A stretch of 64,000 nucleotides of DNA from a virus. The stretch covers positions 1 through 64,000 of the IMG/VR virus record IMGVR_UViG_3300028840_002185, one strand, 5' to 3'. Below, piece after piece: positions 10,301-20,400 of this stretch (positions are counted from its first letter, which is position 1; every line of letters begins with the position of its first letter). Below the pieces are notes generated by a model that was not told the DNA's origin, ran no database searches, and worked only from the letters and a program-made list of their open reading frames with translations. The translations under genes and the position numbers were made by a program.

Positions 10301-13300
10301 AAATTAGCTTCATCTTTTCCAAAATAATGAACTGGTACTTCATCAACATTAGGTATAACTAATTTAAATGGACGGTTATTTGCATCTGACCATTCACAAG
10401 GAGATATAAAGCCCTGACAAGTAGCTAATACTTCATTAATTACATCCTCTATTTTTCTTGCTTGATCATACGTTTGAGAAAATTGAAATCGTGGTTCAAC
10501 AATATCAAGATCTCCCTGTGGTCTATATATAGTAGCAGGAATTAATTCATTACAAATTCCTTCAGCTTCATAAACGTAAAGTAAATTTTCAAAATCACTT
10601 GGAAAATATCTTGGATCAATATAACTATTCCAAAATAATTCCATTATATTTGCAGGATTTTCGTCACATTGATACCATCTACCATTTGAATTACCAAAAA
10701 ATCCATAAACACATTGTTGAAAACTATCTGCTGTTGAACCTTCTACAAGACGAAATCCTTGACCATCAAAATGAACGTCACTTTTATTGATCATATAAAG
10801 CATACCACTTGGATTAGATTCATTAGGTGGTATATACTTCCAAAATTCATTATGACCTCCTGCTCCATGCATACCAGACCATTTCTTTGCATAGAAATAA
10901 ATTTCTTCGGTCATAGGAAACTTACCAATTTCGTAAATATTATCTCCCCATTTATTTACTGTGTACATATCTACTTGGTACAATGGGCCTGTAGAAATGC
11001 CTTTACGAAAAGCTATTTTTTGAATTCCTACACGATCAATATCAGCACCATAAAGTATAGGAATATTACTTGAAAGAACTCTTTCATTTGAAAATTTACC
11101 TTGAGTTAATCTTAAAAAATATGTTCCCCAAACTGCCGGACTATTAATTGTTGTAGTATTATTATCAAAAACTCTTAACAATGCATACCATACATTTTCA
11201 TATTGTGATCCTGTCCATTCTTTAACCGGAACAGTACCAACATAACACCAAGTAGGTGTATGACTTGCTGCATTTTGATTCATAACAGCATCAACTTCTT
11301 CAATAACTGATTTACTGGTAATATCTATTAAATATGAATGAGCAGCAAATTGTGTTCCATATAATGCTTGATTTCCCCAAACAAAAATCTGCTTATCAGT
11401 AGAGCATATTCTATAAACTATATCTGATGCTGTCCACCACCACCATCCATAAGAATGAGTTAAAACACGATCACTTTTAAATGTGGTAACTGATCCTCCA
11501 GTATTTTTATTTAATCTAATAACTATATCGTGAGAAATTTGAAATTCATTTGATTCAAAAATAGTCATTCGTGCATTAACTTCTGCCCCAACTTCTAAAA
11601 GAAAATCATTAAACTGTGTTAATATAGGATCAATAATATCTTCATCATAAGTTTCATCAGGATAAGTAAAATAAATTATTTCCCCAGGAACAGGATCTCT
11701 ACTTAAAGAAGAAGACATAGAAATAGTAGTATCAGTTGGGCCACTATAACTACAATCTTGTTGCTCTCCGGCAAATCCACATTTGAGCCATTCGGTTGCT
11801 GCCGGAGAACACATATCTGTTGGGTCTGGAGGATTACAAATAATAACATCTCTTGTACTACCCTCTCCTGCAATAGCAAACCCACAATCAGTTGCCGGAT
11901 GAAGACTTAATTTAACAACACTACCTTCCGATGGAACCTTTCCCCAACCTCCAGTTAATCCACCTTGTTCATCTTCTACATCTATATAAGTAGATGTTTG
12001 ATTATTTATTTTACAATATTTATAATAGCTATCTTGCTGTAATGCTGCATAAGCACCATCCCAATAACCATTAGGGTATTGAGAAAAATCAGCATAGCAT
12101 CGAGTATATGAATTTGCTCCGGCAGTAATTTCTCTTAGATCGGAAACAACACAATCATGCTGAACTACATTAGCAAATAAATAAATATAAGTATCATCAA
12201 CTTCCATGCTTTTTATAAAAATAGCAGGATTAACATCACCACTCTGCATAGCATTACATTCATAATTATAAAGCAAAGAAGTCACATGAGCAGTTTCACT
12301 TGTATTGTCATGATAATAAATATCAAATTTTATTCCATAATCTGCATGATGATGATCTGTTTTATCTACTCCATATACACCTGCACCTTGATTGGGATTA
12401 GTCCAATTCCGGTAAGACAAAACATATGTCCTATCATCAAATATATCTGTGGCAAATAAATATGTTCCTTTCAAAGTTAAATTAGCAGTAGCCCAAGCAG
12501 GAAAGGCATCATATTCAATATCACCATCATTTGAAGGATAACGTGGAAATTGTTCCATTCCTTCATAATAAATTGGACAACGATTAACTGATGTATAGGC
12601 ATTTAATCCTGCCATCCATTTATTATTTCCTAATTTATTATTAAATACCGTACTGCACGTTACCACATATTGATATGGTGATTCTGGTTTAGGTAAAACC
12701 TTAGACACAATAAGGCCATGACCACCTTGCATTGATTCCGGTGGCATACGAACTTGCTGCCTATTCATTTCAGCAGTTATTAAAGGAAAAGTATTTATAG
12801 GCCCAAAAGAAAAATCCCCAGGATTCATTTCAGCAAGATTTTCCAATTCAAAATTTATTGTAGATGATTGAGGATCAGTATTTAAAGCTGAAAAATCTGC
12901 AAAAAATCCTTTAAAATAAGCAATGGTATTTTTATCAAAATTTGCATCAACAAAATTTTCAATGGGATATGATTGTACCCATTTTCCTTGAGATGCATCA
13001 AACATTGTCATAGCATCATATGGATCAACAGGATTATCATAATTTTCAAAAATATCACTTAAAATTGTCCAAAACCAAATTGGTTTTTTATTAAAATGAA
13101 CTACTCCAATATGATAGTCTTTATAAAGATTATTATAATCAATATATCTTCCTGTAAAATTAACAGCAAACTCAGCCCACATACCGATATTACTTGATCC
13201 CAATTGATCAATAAAAGTTTCCCATGCAGCTTCATTTACACTATCACCCATATCTGGCAATTGACCAGAATCATAAGTTCCTAACGTATTTTTATTTATG

Positions 13301-13578
13301 TAGATACATTTTGCTGAAACAATATCAGAACCAATAACATCGGGAACAGGATCAATTACTGTTCTAAAAGTCTTATAGTCATCATTGATATATTCTTTTC
13401 CTGCCGGAGGATCTGGTGCAAACAAGTATCCGGCAAGGGCCATCCCTATTTGAAACCCAGGATAGCCACCAAGATACCCACCTATTATTCCACCAACGGC
13501 AGAAGAAATCAGGTGAGTCTTTTGTTCTGAACTGCCTTCCGTAAATCCTTTAGCAGTTTTTTCTATATCCATTGTCAT
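7372..13578 (-). CDS. giant tail-tip / host-specificity protein (lambda gpJ-like core, 2068 aa) with a C-terminal receptor-binding extension
   Basis: Collinear similarity to the 745-aa neighbour: EPRFQFS, YADFSAYPDNYW, QTSTYI, IKEGSFAFAE, GIKRATQAGRMAQ and GVSHEITGWSNRWFRIISMDEM. Also has LGLGD repeats, two tandem ~200-aa lectin/LamG-like domains and an LLLESGD tail. ATGA overlap with the upstream gene. Confidence 0.8.
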   Translation of the reverse strand: MTMDIEKTAKGFTEGSSEQKTHLISSAVGGIIGGYLGGYPGFQIGMALAGYLFAPDPPAGKEYINDDYKTFRTVIDPVPDVIGSDIVSAKCIYINKNTLGTYDSGQLPDMGDSVNEAAWETFIDQLGSSNIGMWAEFAVNFTGRYIDYNNLYKDYHIGVVHFNKKPIWFWTILSDIFENYDNPVDPYDAMTMFDASQGKWVQSYPIENFVDANFDKNTIAYFKGFFADFSALNTDPQSSTINFELENLAEMNPGDFSFGPINTFPLITAEMNRQQVRMPPESMQGGHGLIVSKVLPKPESPYQYVVTCSTVFNNKLGNNKWMAGLNAYTSVNRCPIYYEGMEQFPRYPSNDGDIEYDAFPAWATANLTLKGTYLFATDIFDDRTYVLSYRNWTNPNQGAGVYGVDKTDHHHADYGIKFDIYYHDNTSETAHVTSLLYNYECNAMQSGDVNPAIFIKSMEVDDTYIYLFANVVQHDCVVSDLREITAGANSYTRCYADFSQYPNGYWDGAYAALQQDSYYKYCKINNQTSTYIDVEDEQGGLTGGWGKVPSEGSVVKLSLHPATDCGFAIAGEGSTRDVIICNPPDPTDMCSPAATEWLKCGFAGEQQDCSYSGPTDTTISMSSSLSRDPVPGEIIYFTYPDETYDEDIIDPILTQFNDFLLEVGAEVNARMTIFESNEFQISHDIVIRLNKNTGGSVTTFKSDRVLTHSYGWWWWTASDIVYRICSTDKQIFVWGNQALYGTQFAAHSYLIDITSKSVIEEVDAVMNQNAASHTPTWCYVGTVPVKEWTGSQYENVWYALLRVFDNNTTTINSPAVWGTYFLRLTQGKFSNERVLSSNIPILYGADIDRVGIQKIAFRKGISTGPLYQVDMYTVNKWGDNIYEIGKFPMTEEIYFYAKKWSGMHGAGGHNEFWKYIPPNESNPSGMLYMINKSDVHFDGQGFRLVEGSTADSFQQCVYGFFGNSNGRWYQCDENPANIMELFWNSYIDPRYFPSDFENLLYVYEAEGICNELIPATIYRPQGDLDIVEPRFQFSQTYDQARKIEDVINEVLATCQGFISPCEWSDANNRPFKLVIPNVDEVPVHYFGKDEANFAVSQDPDASDIIYADFSAYPDNYWRGDEIDFGKVLDFQYPWPDSRYGVVIEQTSTYITLGMKLNSGLTQGESFSIKKDNIKEGSFAFAEKSEIDRPNKVRVQFKNRLVGYIKDIAEAEDTYRLDVLGEIEKIATYNMPGIKRATQAGRMAQRILDQINYQKYTCSFETDIMGTTICMGEIIGVSHEITGWSNRWFRIISMDEMMDFEVKMELEEFNPYCYHDSGIPVMTSYPRSGFPAPYIPNNVERFSVKEDIETGALHFLFKAPANDAGFFVGARIYQKVGTDFQYFGIVNQTVSSVLLAQDVGVDDKIIYYDPDTIDGSFPTEGILWIDDELVYYHGLDTTNYAFMNVVRGYKDTDIVEHSIDPTTYLYLRSDSTISYSITDSSLIGTTITFRANSFTVQGLTSDFNIGEETDIDFVGYGLLPYFPESIHKPISEIPETQYLFEALGLSGTLDEIERITEALGLGDDLDYIDIVQIIESLGLGDTDTIAEMLIALTESLGLGDDTQALATEYITETLGLGDTDTIAEMLIAISESLGLGDDLDYVAGETFDFETDFSEYSTGSPPSDWTEHFHTTAFDLDIVTSPADTGGKSLEFDMTTLSQRAAASWDDVGLQYNGEILCKVRWPTSAAYLIGPAMRIGGSDTDESCYFVFTDDTNNRIILYKFKNASGTSLDTYSITLAIDTWYWIRMRVEEDNIKIRIWADGGSEPGSWHIDYTETGTNQIFSMGKIGLFNFNDDGYCDEFKVTLIDEQFDYITDFEEYTLSSPPGDWTEQWNTGNFSLDITTSGSLSKNIMQLDMTSASMMAATWDDIPDCNDVDILTCITTIADGANNIGPVARLSGSAASENGYIVWTNFTSDQITLSRYNAGSGATLDTYSITLDTSTWYWIRMRVVGANIRVKVWSGSRSDEPGSWHIDYDDSSPILSAGKVGLAEYSQDGYVHLFAANVLDYSLLLESGDSLLLESGDKLLLE
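7440..8650 (-). repeat. tandem duplication of a ~200-aa lectin/LamG-like domain
   Basis: Identical 28 nt (AACTCTCATTCTTATCCAATACCAAGTA) at 7612-7639 and 8215-8242, 603 nt apart. Peptides are TWYWIRMRV...SEPGSWHIDY and TWYWIRMRV...DEPGSWHIDY. Confidence 0.8.
8650..8970 (-). repeat. E(S/T/A)LGLGD peptide-repeat region inside the 2068-aa protein
   Basis: Includes a duplicated 27-aa unit, ETLGLGDTDTIAEMLIA(L/I)(T/S)ESLGLGDD. At DNA level the word atctcctaatccaagtgattc recurs. Confidence 0.85.
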
Positions 13579-15812
13579 GCTATTGTCACCACTTTTGTCG
13601 GAGAAGTAGCAAATGGAGCTACCAAATTATAAACCGTAACTGATACTCCTTTAATAGTCCATGACTGACCAACTTCTGAATCTTCAAAGGTGATAAATTG
13701 TGTTCCTGATTCTTTTAACATACAATATTTATCTATTGTATGGGCTGCTGCATTTGATCCTCTTGTGCATCCTGTAAATTCATAATCAGGATCACCTGAA
13801 ATCCCTGTATAAGTAATCAATTCATCTTCAATCCAAAAAGAACCTGAAGATGGAAACGATCCATATAAAGTTGAATTATCAAAACCGATTGTAGTTTGAG
13901 AGTCATCAATTCCGGCATCAAGTTTTACTGATGGAGTCACATAACCAATAGTATCTTTATAAACGTAATCACCACCACCTACGCTAACATATATTTTTGC
14001 ACCAACAAAATAAGGATTATTATCTGGTCTTTTAAATAAGATATAAATTTTATTCTCTGTGAGATCTTGCACAGCATAAAAACGTTCAACTATATTAGGA
14101 GCAATATATCTACTCTCAGGACTTGTATCATCTGAAGCAGGTACTTTAGTTATAGTATCTGAATAAACATTGGGATTATATTCAAAGAATTGAAGTTTAA
14201 CTTCATCGTTTTCCATTTCTTCCATCCCAACAATTCTAAACAATTTACAATTCCATCCTGTCTGAATATGACTGATACCAACTATATCTCCAACGGCATG
14301 ATAATATCCTTGATGATATGTAATAAACTCACAATAATTTCTGTTATATAAACCAAAGTCAGAATAGAACTGAACCATTCTCATTGCTTGAGATTTTCTT
14401 TTAATCCCTCCCATCCTGACAGTTTTTAATTTCGTATTTTGAGTATTATCAATGTAAAATTCTTCAGAATCTTTTTCTACAGCATTCCAAGAATATTCAT
14501 TGTGAAAATTATCATTTTCATCTTTAACTGCACGTTCAATAAATTCAACTCTAAATCTATTAGAGATCTCAGAATCAGCACTTTGTCTAAATTGAAAAGA
14601 CCCTTCTTTTATATTGTCTTTTACTATTTCAAAACTATCATTAAGATTAGGTGATACAGGAAGGTCATCGAATAAATCAATATAGGTGGAAGTTTGATCT
14701 TTAACTATAAATCGATATTCATTTCCAGAGATAGTAATAATTCCTTCATCTCCAAACCAATAAATATCAGGATAAGATGAAAAGTCAGCATAAAGTCTAC
14801 TAACTGTACTTGATGCTCCGGTATTAAATATTACTTTATGTTGATCAGAATAATATAATTCAGGTTCTTCAGTTGCTTTTTCTATTAGAGGTTCAATTTT
14901 TCCTTGTTTTAATCTAAGCAAACCTCTACAAGTAATCATCATATCGGTGATAATATCTACCGTTTTTACTCTGGTATCATAAAAATTTGAAAATCTAAAA
15001 CGTGGTTCATTAGTGGGTGTATCATCCCAATTAATATATTGAACAGAAGAATCACAATAATCTGCTTCAATCTTCCAAGGTGATCCTACTGTGTCTGGAT
15101 CTCCATTAAATAATGAAGTATCCATTCCTATTCCCCAACGTGAATTTGTTAAAAATTCATAAACACAACGAATTGGATTAGCATCTTCTTCACCACTCTC
15201 AATTAAAAAACCCACAACTTCAGCAGCAATAGAAGGTAGTTTCTGAAGTATTTGTCCTTCAACGTGTAAATCAACTACACTATAAGCTGTATGTTTGAAA
15301 TTTATTGCAGCAAGTGATTTGCCTGATTGAAATGAACTTATCCTTGAATCAATACTTTGAGCAGCAGAACCAACGTATGAAGTAAATCCTACAGAATATC
15401 CTTCAGCTTCCATTGTTCCGGCACGTTTATCATCTATATAATAAAGCCCAGTATATGAATCGATTTCACCTTCACAATGAGCAACGGCAAAATCAGCATC
15501 CATCTCTGCTTCCCATTCTGGATTCTTTCTTGATCCTTCATTATTCCAATCGGAGCTAACTTCACCTACCCAAATAACTCCACCATAAACTTTACATTGT
15601 CCAAAACATACGCCTACTGGAGTTGATCGAACATATGAATTTGTTTCAATATCTCCTAAAGCAGGGGGAGGAGGAGCATTAGGTGGATCTATCCAAAGAC
15701 CTAATTGACCACCTAAAGACATACCTATCATTGCGCCAGGAAAACCACCAATGACACCACCAATAACACCACCTGCTACCATCCCAAATGTTTGTCCAGA
15801 GGTTTGACCCAT
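13575..15812 (-). CDS. tail-tip / host-specificity protein (lambda gpJ-like, 745 aa)
   Basis: It follows the NlpC/P60 gene, as gpJ follows gpK in lambda-like tips. Has an N-terminal glycine zipper (GMVAGGVIGGVIGGFPGAMIGMSLGG). Motifs GIKRKSQAMRMVQ and GISHIQTGWNCKLFRIVGMEEM. Confidence 0.75.
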   Translation of the reverse strand: MGQTSGQTFGMVAGGVIGGVIGGFPGAMIGMSLGGQLGLWIDPPNAPPPPALGDIETNSYVRSTPVGVCFGQCKVYGGVIWVGEVSSDWNNEGSRKNPEWEAEMDADFAVAHCEGEIDSYTGLYYIDDKRAGTMEAEGYSVGFTSYVGSAAQSIDSRISSFQSGKSLAAINFKHTAYSVVDLHVEGQILQKLPSIAAEVVGFLIESGEEDANPIRCVYEFLTNSRWGIGMDTSLFNGDPDTVGSPWKIEADYCDSSVQYINWDDTPTNEPRFRFSNFYDTRVKTVDIITDMMITCRGLLRLKQGKIEPLIEKATEEPELYYSDQHKVIFNTGASSTVSRLYADFSSYPDIYWFGDEGIITISGNEYRFIVKDQTSTYIDLFDDLPVSPNLNDSFEIVKDNIKEGSFQFRQSADSEISNRFRVEFIERAVKDENDNFHNEYSWNAVEKDSEEFYIDNTQNTKLKTVRMGGIKRKSQAMRMVQFYSDFGLYNRNYCEFITYHQGYYHAVGDIVGISHIQTGWNCKLFRIVGMEEMENDEVKLQFFEYNPNVYSDTITKVPASDDTSPESRYIAPNIVERFYAVQDLTENKIYILFKRPDNNPYFVGAKIYVSVGGGDYVYKDTIGYVTPSVKLDAGIDDSQTTIGFDNSTLYGSFPSSGSFWIEDELITYTGISGDPDYEFTGCTRGSNAAAHTIDKYCMLKESGTQFITFEDSEVGQSWTIKGVSVTVYNLVAPFATSPTKVVTIA

Positions 15813-16288
15813 TAATCAAGTTCCTTGTGTCTAAGCATATATGCTAATCTTTTTTTATAGGATGGCTCTAAAATATCAAAATCTACTTTTTTATCTCTTG
15901 ACTTCCATCCACATTTAGCATGAACAAAATTAAACTGATCAATCATAATACCACTATGATGTGCAGGATAATCGTCACCAAATAATTTAAATAATGGTAC
16001 ATCTGCTTTATCATATAATTCATTATCAGATAAAATCCTGAATCCACAATTAAGCAAAGCATTAAGCAAACGTTCTTTTGCTCCTGTTTGCTTCCACCAC
16101 GCTACGGTATAAGAATAACCGTCACTTTTAGGTAGCTCAATTCCTGCTCGACTATAAGCCATATATAACAATCCGGCACAATCAATACCTAATGTTGACC
16201 TGCCGGAATGCCTAAATGGAGTACCAATAAATTTACGAGCGTTTTGAACTATCCTATCCTTTACAATATCGGTTCTTTGGGAACCCAA
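15812..16288 (-). CDS. NlpC/P60-family peptidase, tail-tip associated (lambda gpK position)
   Basis: GTPFRHSGRS..GIDCAGLLYMAY carries the catalytic Cys and HHSGIMI the His. Position is between the L-like and J-like genes. Confidence 0.85.
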   Translation of the reverse strand: MGSQRTDIVKDRIVQNARKFIGTPFRHSGRSTLGIDCAGLLYMAYSRAGIELPKSDGYSYTVAWWKQTGAKERLLNALLNCGFRILSDNELYDKADVPLFKLFGDDYPAHHSGIMIDQFNFVHAKCGWKSRDKKVDFDILEPSYKKRLAYMLRHKELD

Positions 16289-17082
16289 GGATAACCTCCA
16301 TATTCCGCATAATTTGAAAAATCAGTATCGCAGGTCTCATAATTTTTAGCACATAATTTAACTATATCTACATTAACACCGTTTGGTATAGTGCTATCAA
16401 ACGGAACTCTCACCGTAACCGATGAAGTATCATTTGTTAAAATTGGTCTAACCGCACCCTGCAAAGATCCAGATTTTATCTGAACATACCCAGGAACAAA
16501 ATAATCTGCTGCCTGTCCATGAGAACAAGTTAATGTAGTTCCATCTGATTGAGCAGATAAATTAACATTCGTTACATAATTAGACAAAGTAAGACCACAC
16601 GTACCAGATCCACAAAATGTCCAGTTACACCCTGCTTGATAAATTCGTTTAGGATATAATCTATCAAGGTAAGGAAATGGTTTTATAGACATTGTTATCC
16701 AATGTTCATCTCCTTTAGGTTCATCTGTGTATCCTTGAAACAAAAGCATTTCATAATCAACTGCCCAAACGGTTGATATTTTCTTAGGAAAAACAAGATA
16801 GATCTGAACAAGTTTATTATTATATTTACCAGATAATACATCATTTTTTAAGCTCAAATCTACATAATCCAAACCTATCTCTAATTCATTTAAAATCGTT
16901 CCTTCCTCAGATCTAACTGGATTACGTTTTAGAGCCAAAGCAGTATAATTTCCAACATCTACTGAATTAGCAATAAACTGTTGATCTTGCGCTGCATCAA
17001 TTGAAAACTTATAACCATTTAAAACGGTGATACCACTTCTAAAAAAATAATGTAAATAATCTGAATCAATATCTTTTGCCAT
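16261..17082 (-). CDS. minor tail protein, lambda gpL / DUF2163-BR0599-like
   Basis: C-terminal Cys cluster GCNWTFCGSGTCGL ... LCAKNYETCDTDFSNYAEYGGYPWVP. Start moved to the ATG at 17082 (TAATG overlap, GGGAG RBS) rather than the GTG at 17091 in the track. Confidence 0.7.
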   Translation of the reverse strand: MAKDIDSDYLHYFFRSGITVLNGYKFSIDAAQDQQFIANSVDVGNYTALALKRNPVRSEEGTILNELEIGLDYVDLSLKNDVLSGKYNNKLVQIYLVFPKKISTVWAVDYEMLLFQGYTDEPKGDEHWITMSIKPFPYLDRLYPKRIYQAGCNWTFCGSGTCGLTLSNYVTNVNLSAQSDGTTLTCSHGQAADYFVPGYVQIKSGSLQGAVRPILTNDTSSVTVRVPFDSTIPNGVNVDIVKLCAKNYETCDTDFSNYAEYGGYPWVPKEPIL

Positions 17083-17447
17083 TATAACCACTCCCTAAAG
17101 GTTATGACAAAATCCCAAATGTTTGCTATATTATCAGGATTATCATATTCAAAAGATTCATATTGAACTTGATAATAAGTTCCATAACCTGTATTCCAAA
17201 CAGTAGGCAAAACATTCCATTGAAAGTTTGTCAAAGGCCCATTATTATCATTCCAATGAGTAAGAATTGTATCTTTTTCTGAATTGGTTCTACCACGTAC
17301 CTCAACTGTCCACATGCGAATAGGATCAGTTGATTTTAAACGTGTCTTACGCTTCCACCCTTCCATATCAGTCTGCAACACATTCCAATTAGGAGTGTGG
17401 GGTTTGATAGAATGAACTTCAAAATTAAAAGGATCACCTGCTGCCAT
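17082..17447 (-). CDS. minor tail protein (lambda gpM position, 121 aa)
   Basis: First gene after the tape measure. The call rests on size and position only. Confidence 0.5.
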   Translation of the reverse strand: MAAGDPFNFEVHSIKPHTPNWNVLQTDMEGWKRKTRLKSTDPIRMWTVEVRGRTNSEKDTILTHWNDNNGPLTNFQWNVLPTVWNTGYGTYYQVQYESFEYDNPDNIANIWDFVITFREWL

Positions 17448-17457
17448 AGCTTACTCC

Positions 17458-20400
17458 TTAATAGGCGTTTTGTATTCCTTTTCTAATCGGTTTATTTTGT
17501 CTCAAATTCTTAATCATTTGACCCTGAATAACATCTGAATGTTTCATTAAGAATTGAGTGCCTGATTGAGTATCAATAGCACTTAGATGAATTGGCATAT
17601 GATATTCAACTTTATTTTGAGCAACACTTCTTTGCATCTTCTTAATAGGAGCAACAATTTCATTTTCACCATATTTAGCACGTTCACCAAAATTGTAGGT
17701 CTGTCCACTTTCTAATCCTTTTCCTACAATTGGTTCGGAGATAACACCACCATCTGCCATTCCATAAGCTGATGCTGCCATCATTCCCAAATTAGCTATT
17801 GTATTCATCGATGATCCACCACCACCTGCTGCTCCACCACCACCGAACAATCCTTTAAACCAATTGCCTATATTTGAAAAAACATCAGTAATACCTGAAT
17901 ACCATGATCTTGTACTTTCTTCTGCCTTTGCAGTATTCTCTGCAATCTCAGAAGATATATCAGCAAGATCTTGGGATACTCCCTGAACTCCTTGAGAAAC
18001 AACTGATCCAGTTCCACCTAACATTGCTCCCATGCCTTCACCACCTATAGGCCAATTGGTAACAAAGACTCTCATTCCTAATCCTACTTCTTCAGGTATA
18101 GGTATCTTAGACATTGGCTCAACAGCTTTAACAGTACTATCCATTAGATCTTGCGGATTATATACAGTCACAGGTATTGGTTTAGATGCTGTAATCTCTG
18201 TTGCTCCCCCTTTCTTACCAATATCTTTTTTGCCCCCAGGAAATAGTCCAAAGAATCCTTCCATTGGAGAACCTTCACCAGATCCCAAAGCACTTTGTAA
18301 TTGATCAGTGATTGATCTTTTTATAACTGTCTTTAAAACATCTTTTAAAATTTGTGCCTGTAATTCCTGTAATGCTTCAGATACAGAACCAACACCATCA
18401 ACAATATTAGATAAAGCATCAGTAAATCCATCAGCCCAATTATTTGATGCTTCAACGAGATCATTCCAAATAGGAAATTGTTTTTTCCTTAATTCTCTCT
18501 CAGTAACTTTAGTCAATTCAACCATCTGTTCCTGTAATGCTTGTACATAACGTTGAGCTTCAGCAGATCCCTCTCTGGTTGCCCATTGACCATCTTCAAC
18601 CCATATCCTATAAGTTGTATCAATTTCTTTTTGAATGTCCTCCATTGCTTTTTTATGATTAATTTTCAAAAGATTTATTTCACCCTGCATACGTTTAGCA
18701 GGTGAATAAGCTCCGGTCATAAACTCAGCACGTTTAGACATTACATCTAATTCAGCACCAGATGCTTTATAAGTCATATTAAGTTTTTCTACCTCAATAC
18801 GTTCTTTCTTTGTTATACCCCAAAGTTTAAGCATCTCAGGCACTAAACCTCTTTCAATGAAATCCTTATTATTAATAATTTCAAGTTTCATTTTAGCAAA
18901 TTCATCATTTATCTTAGAGATTGTATCAACCGGACGATGTGAAGTTAATTTTAATTTTAACTTCTCCATTTCATCATTTATAGCTTTAGTATCATCTACT
19001 CTACGTCTACCTAATGCATCATCTAATGCCTTTGATAAATTTTTAAATTCTTTTGCAACCAGAGGATTCTTAACTCTAAGTTCCTCCAGTTTATTTGACA
19101 TTTTTTCAAACCATTGATCAGTCTTTTGTGTTTTAGTTAAATCCTTTGGTGAAATACTGGTCAAAAGATCTTTATATTCTCTTGTCCATCCTGCCATCTT
19201 CTTACGTTGTTTTTCATTCCAATCTGATACTTGCTTATCATGTTTCTTTAAAGCAGCATCAGTAAGATTATTCATTTCAGCCAATGATTGTTTATGACCT
19301 GTAAGTGTATTAACCCAAAAAGTTAGTTTTTTAGGATCAGTTTTAAACTTACCTGTTAATGCTCCTTGAATATTTTCATCTAACTTTTTAATATTTTCCT
19401 GAAGTTTCGTTTTAATTTCATCAGGATCAGCTATTTCAAATTCTAATTCCTTTGCAAATTTTTCTGGCCCTTCCATTCCTGCAAGAGTAACCTGTTTTAA
19501 CTTAGGTGCAAGTTTAGCTACCCTTTCACCCAATGTAACAACGTTATTGGGTAATTTAAATAGATCTGGAGTTTTACCAAATTCATCATTTATCCCTGCT
19601 GCATGATCTCGCATCTTTTCAAACTGCTGATTAACACCATCCAGAGATCTCCATGAACTCCGTATCCATCCATTTTCACCTAACCAAATATTTTTAATAT
19701 CTTCATTAGCCTTTTTACCTTTATTAACGAAATCATCATAGAATTTTCCTGCCCCTTCAGTATCACCTTTCTTTAATGATTTATATATACCATAAAGAGC
19801 AACTATTCTATCGATCCAAACTTTAATTTCAATAGCTACTGATTTAACCAATGCAGCAATGAATTTTAGTGCCTGTGCTACCATATTCAGACCTTGTACA
19901 AAGACCTGAAGTAACATTATCAATCCATCCCATTGAGATCGATTCTTCTTTACCTGATCTTCAAATCCGGCAAATATCATTGCAGCATCAGCAATGTTCT
20001 GTACAATTCCACTAATGGCTAATAAGACAGCTTCAGTTACATCAACTATTGCTACCAGTATATCAAATACAGCTTTAAAAGTATTAAGTGTAGCAGTTAT
20101 CCATGATGCCCACATTGCTCCTCTTTCAGTTAATCGATAGAAACCATCTTCTGCTTTAGTTACAAAAGTATCGAGCAAGGCATTAAGTTCTTTAGACCAT
20201 CTAACTAAGAAGTCTTCACCACCAATACGTTGAATAAGACCCCAAACAACTTGTATTCTATTTTTAACCTGCGCCCATTCATCTTTCATGCGTTCATTCA
20301 TTTGAGCAAACGGTTCCAAAGCATCAGAAAGAACAGTAATCATGTCCTTTCCTTCCTTTTTACCATCTTCAATCAACTTTGAAATATTGATACCCATAAC

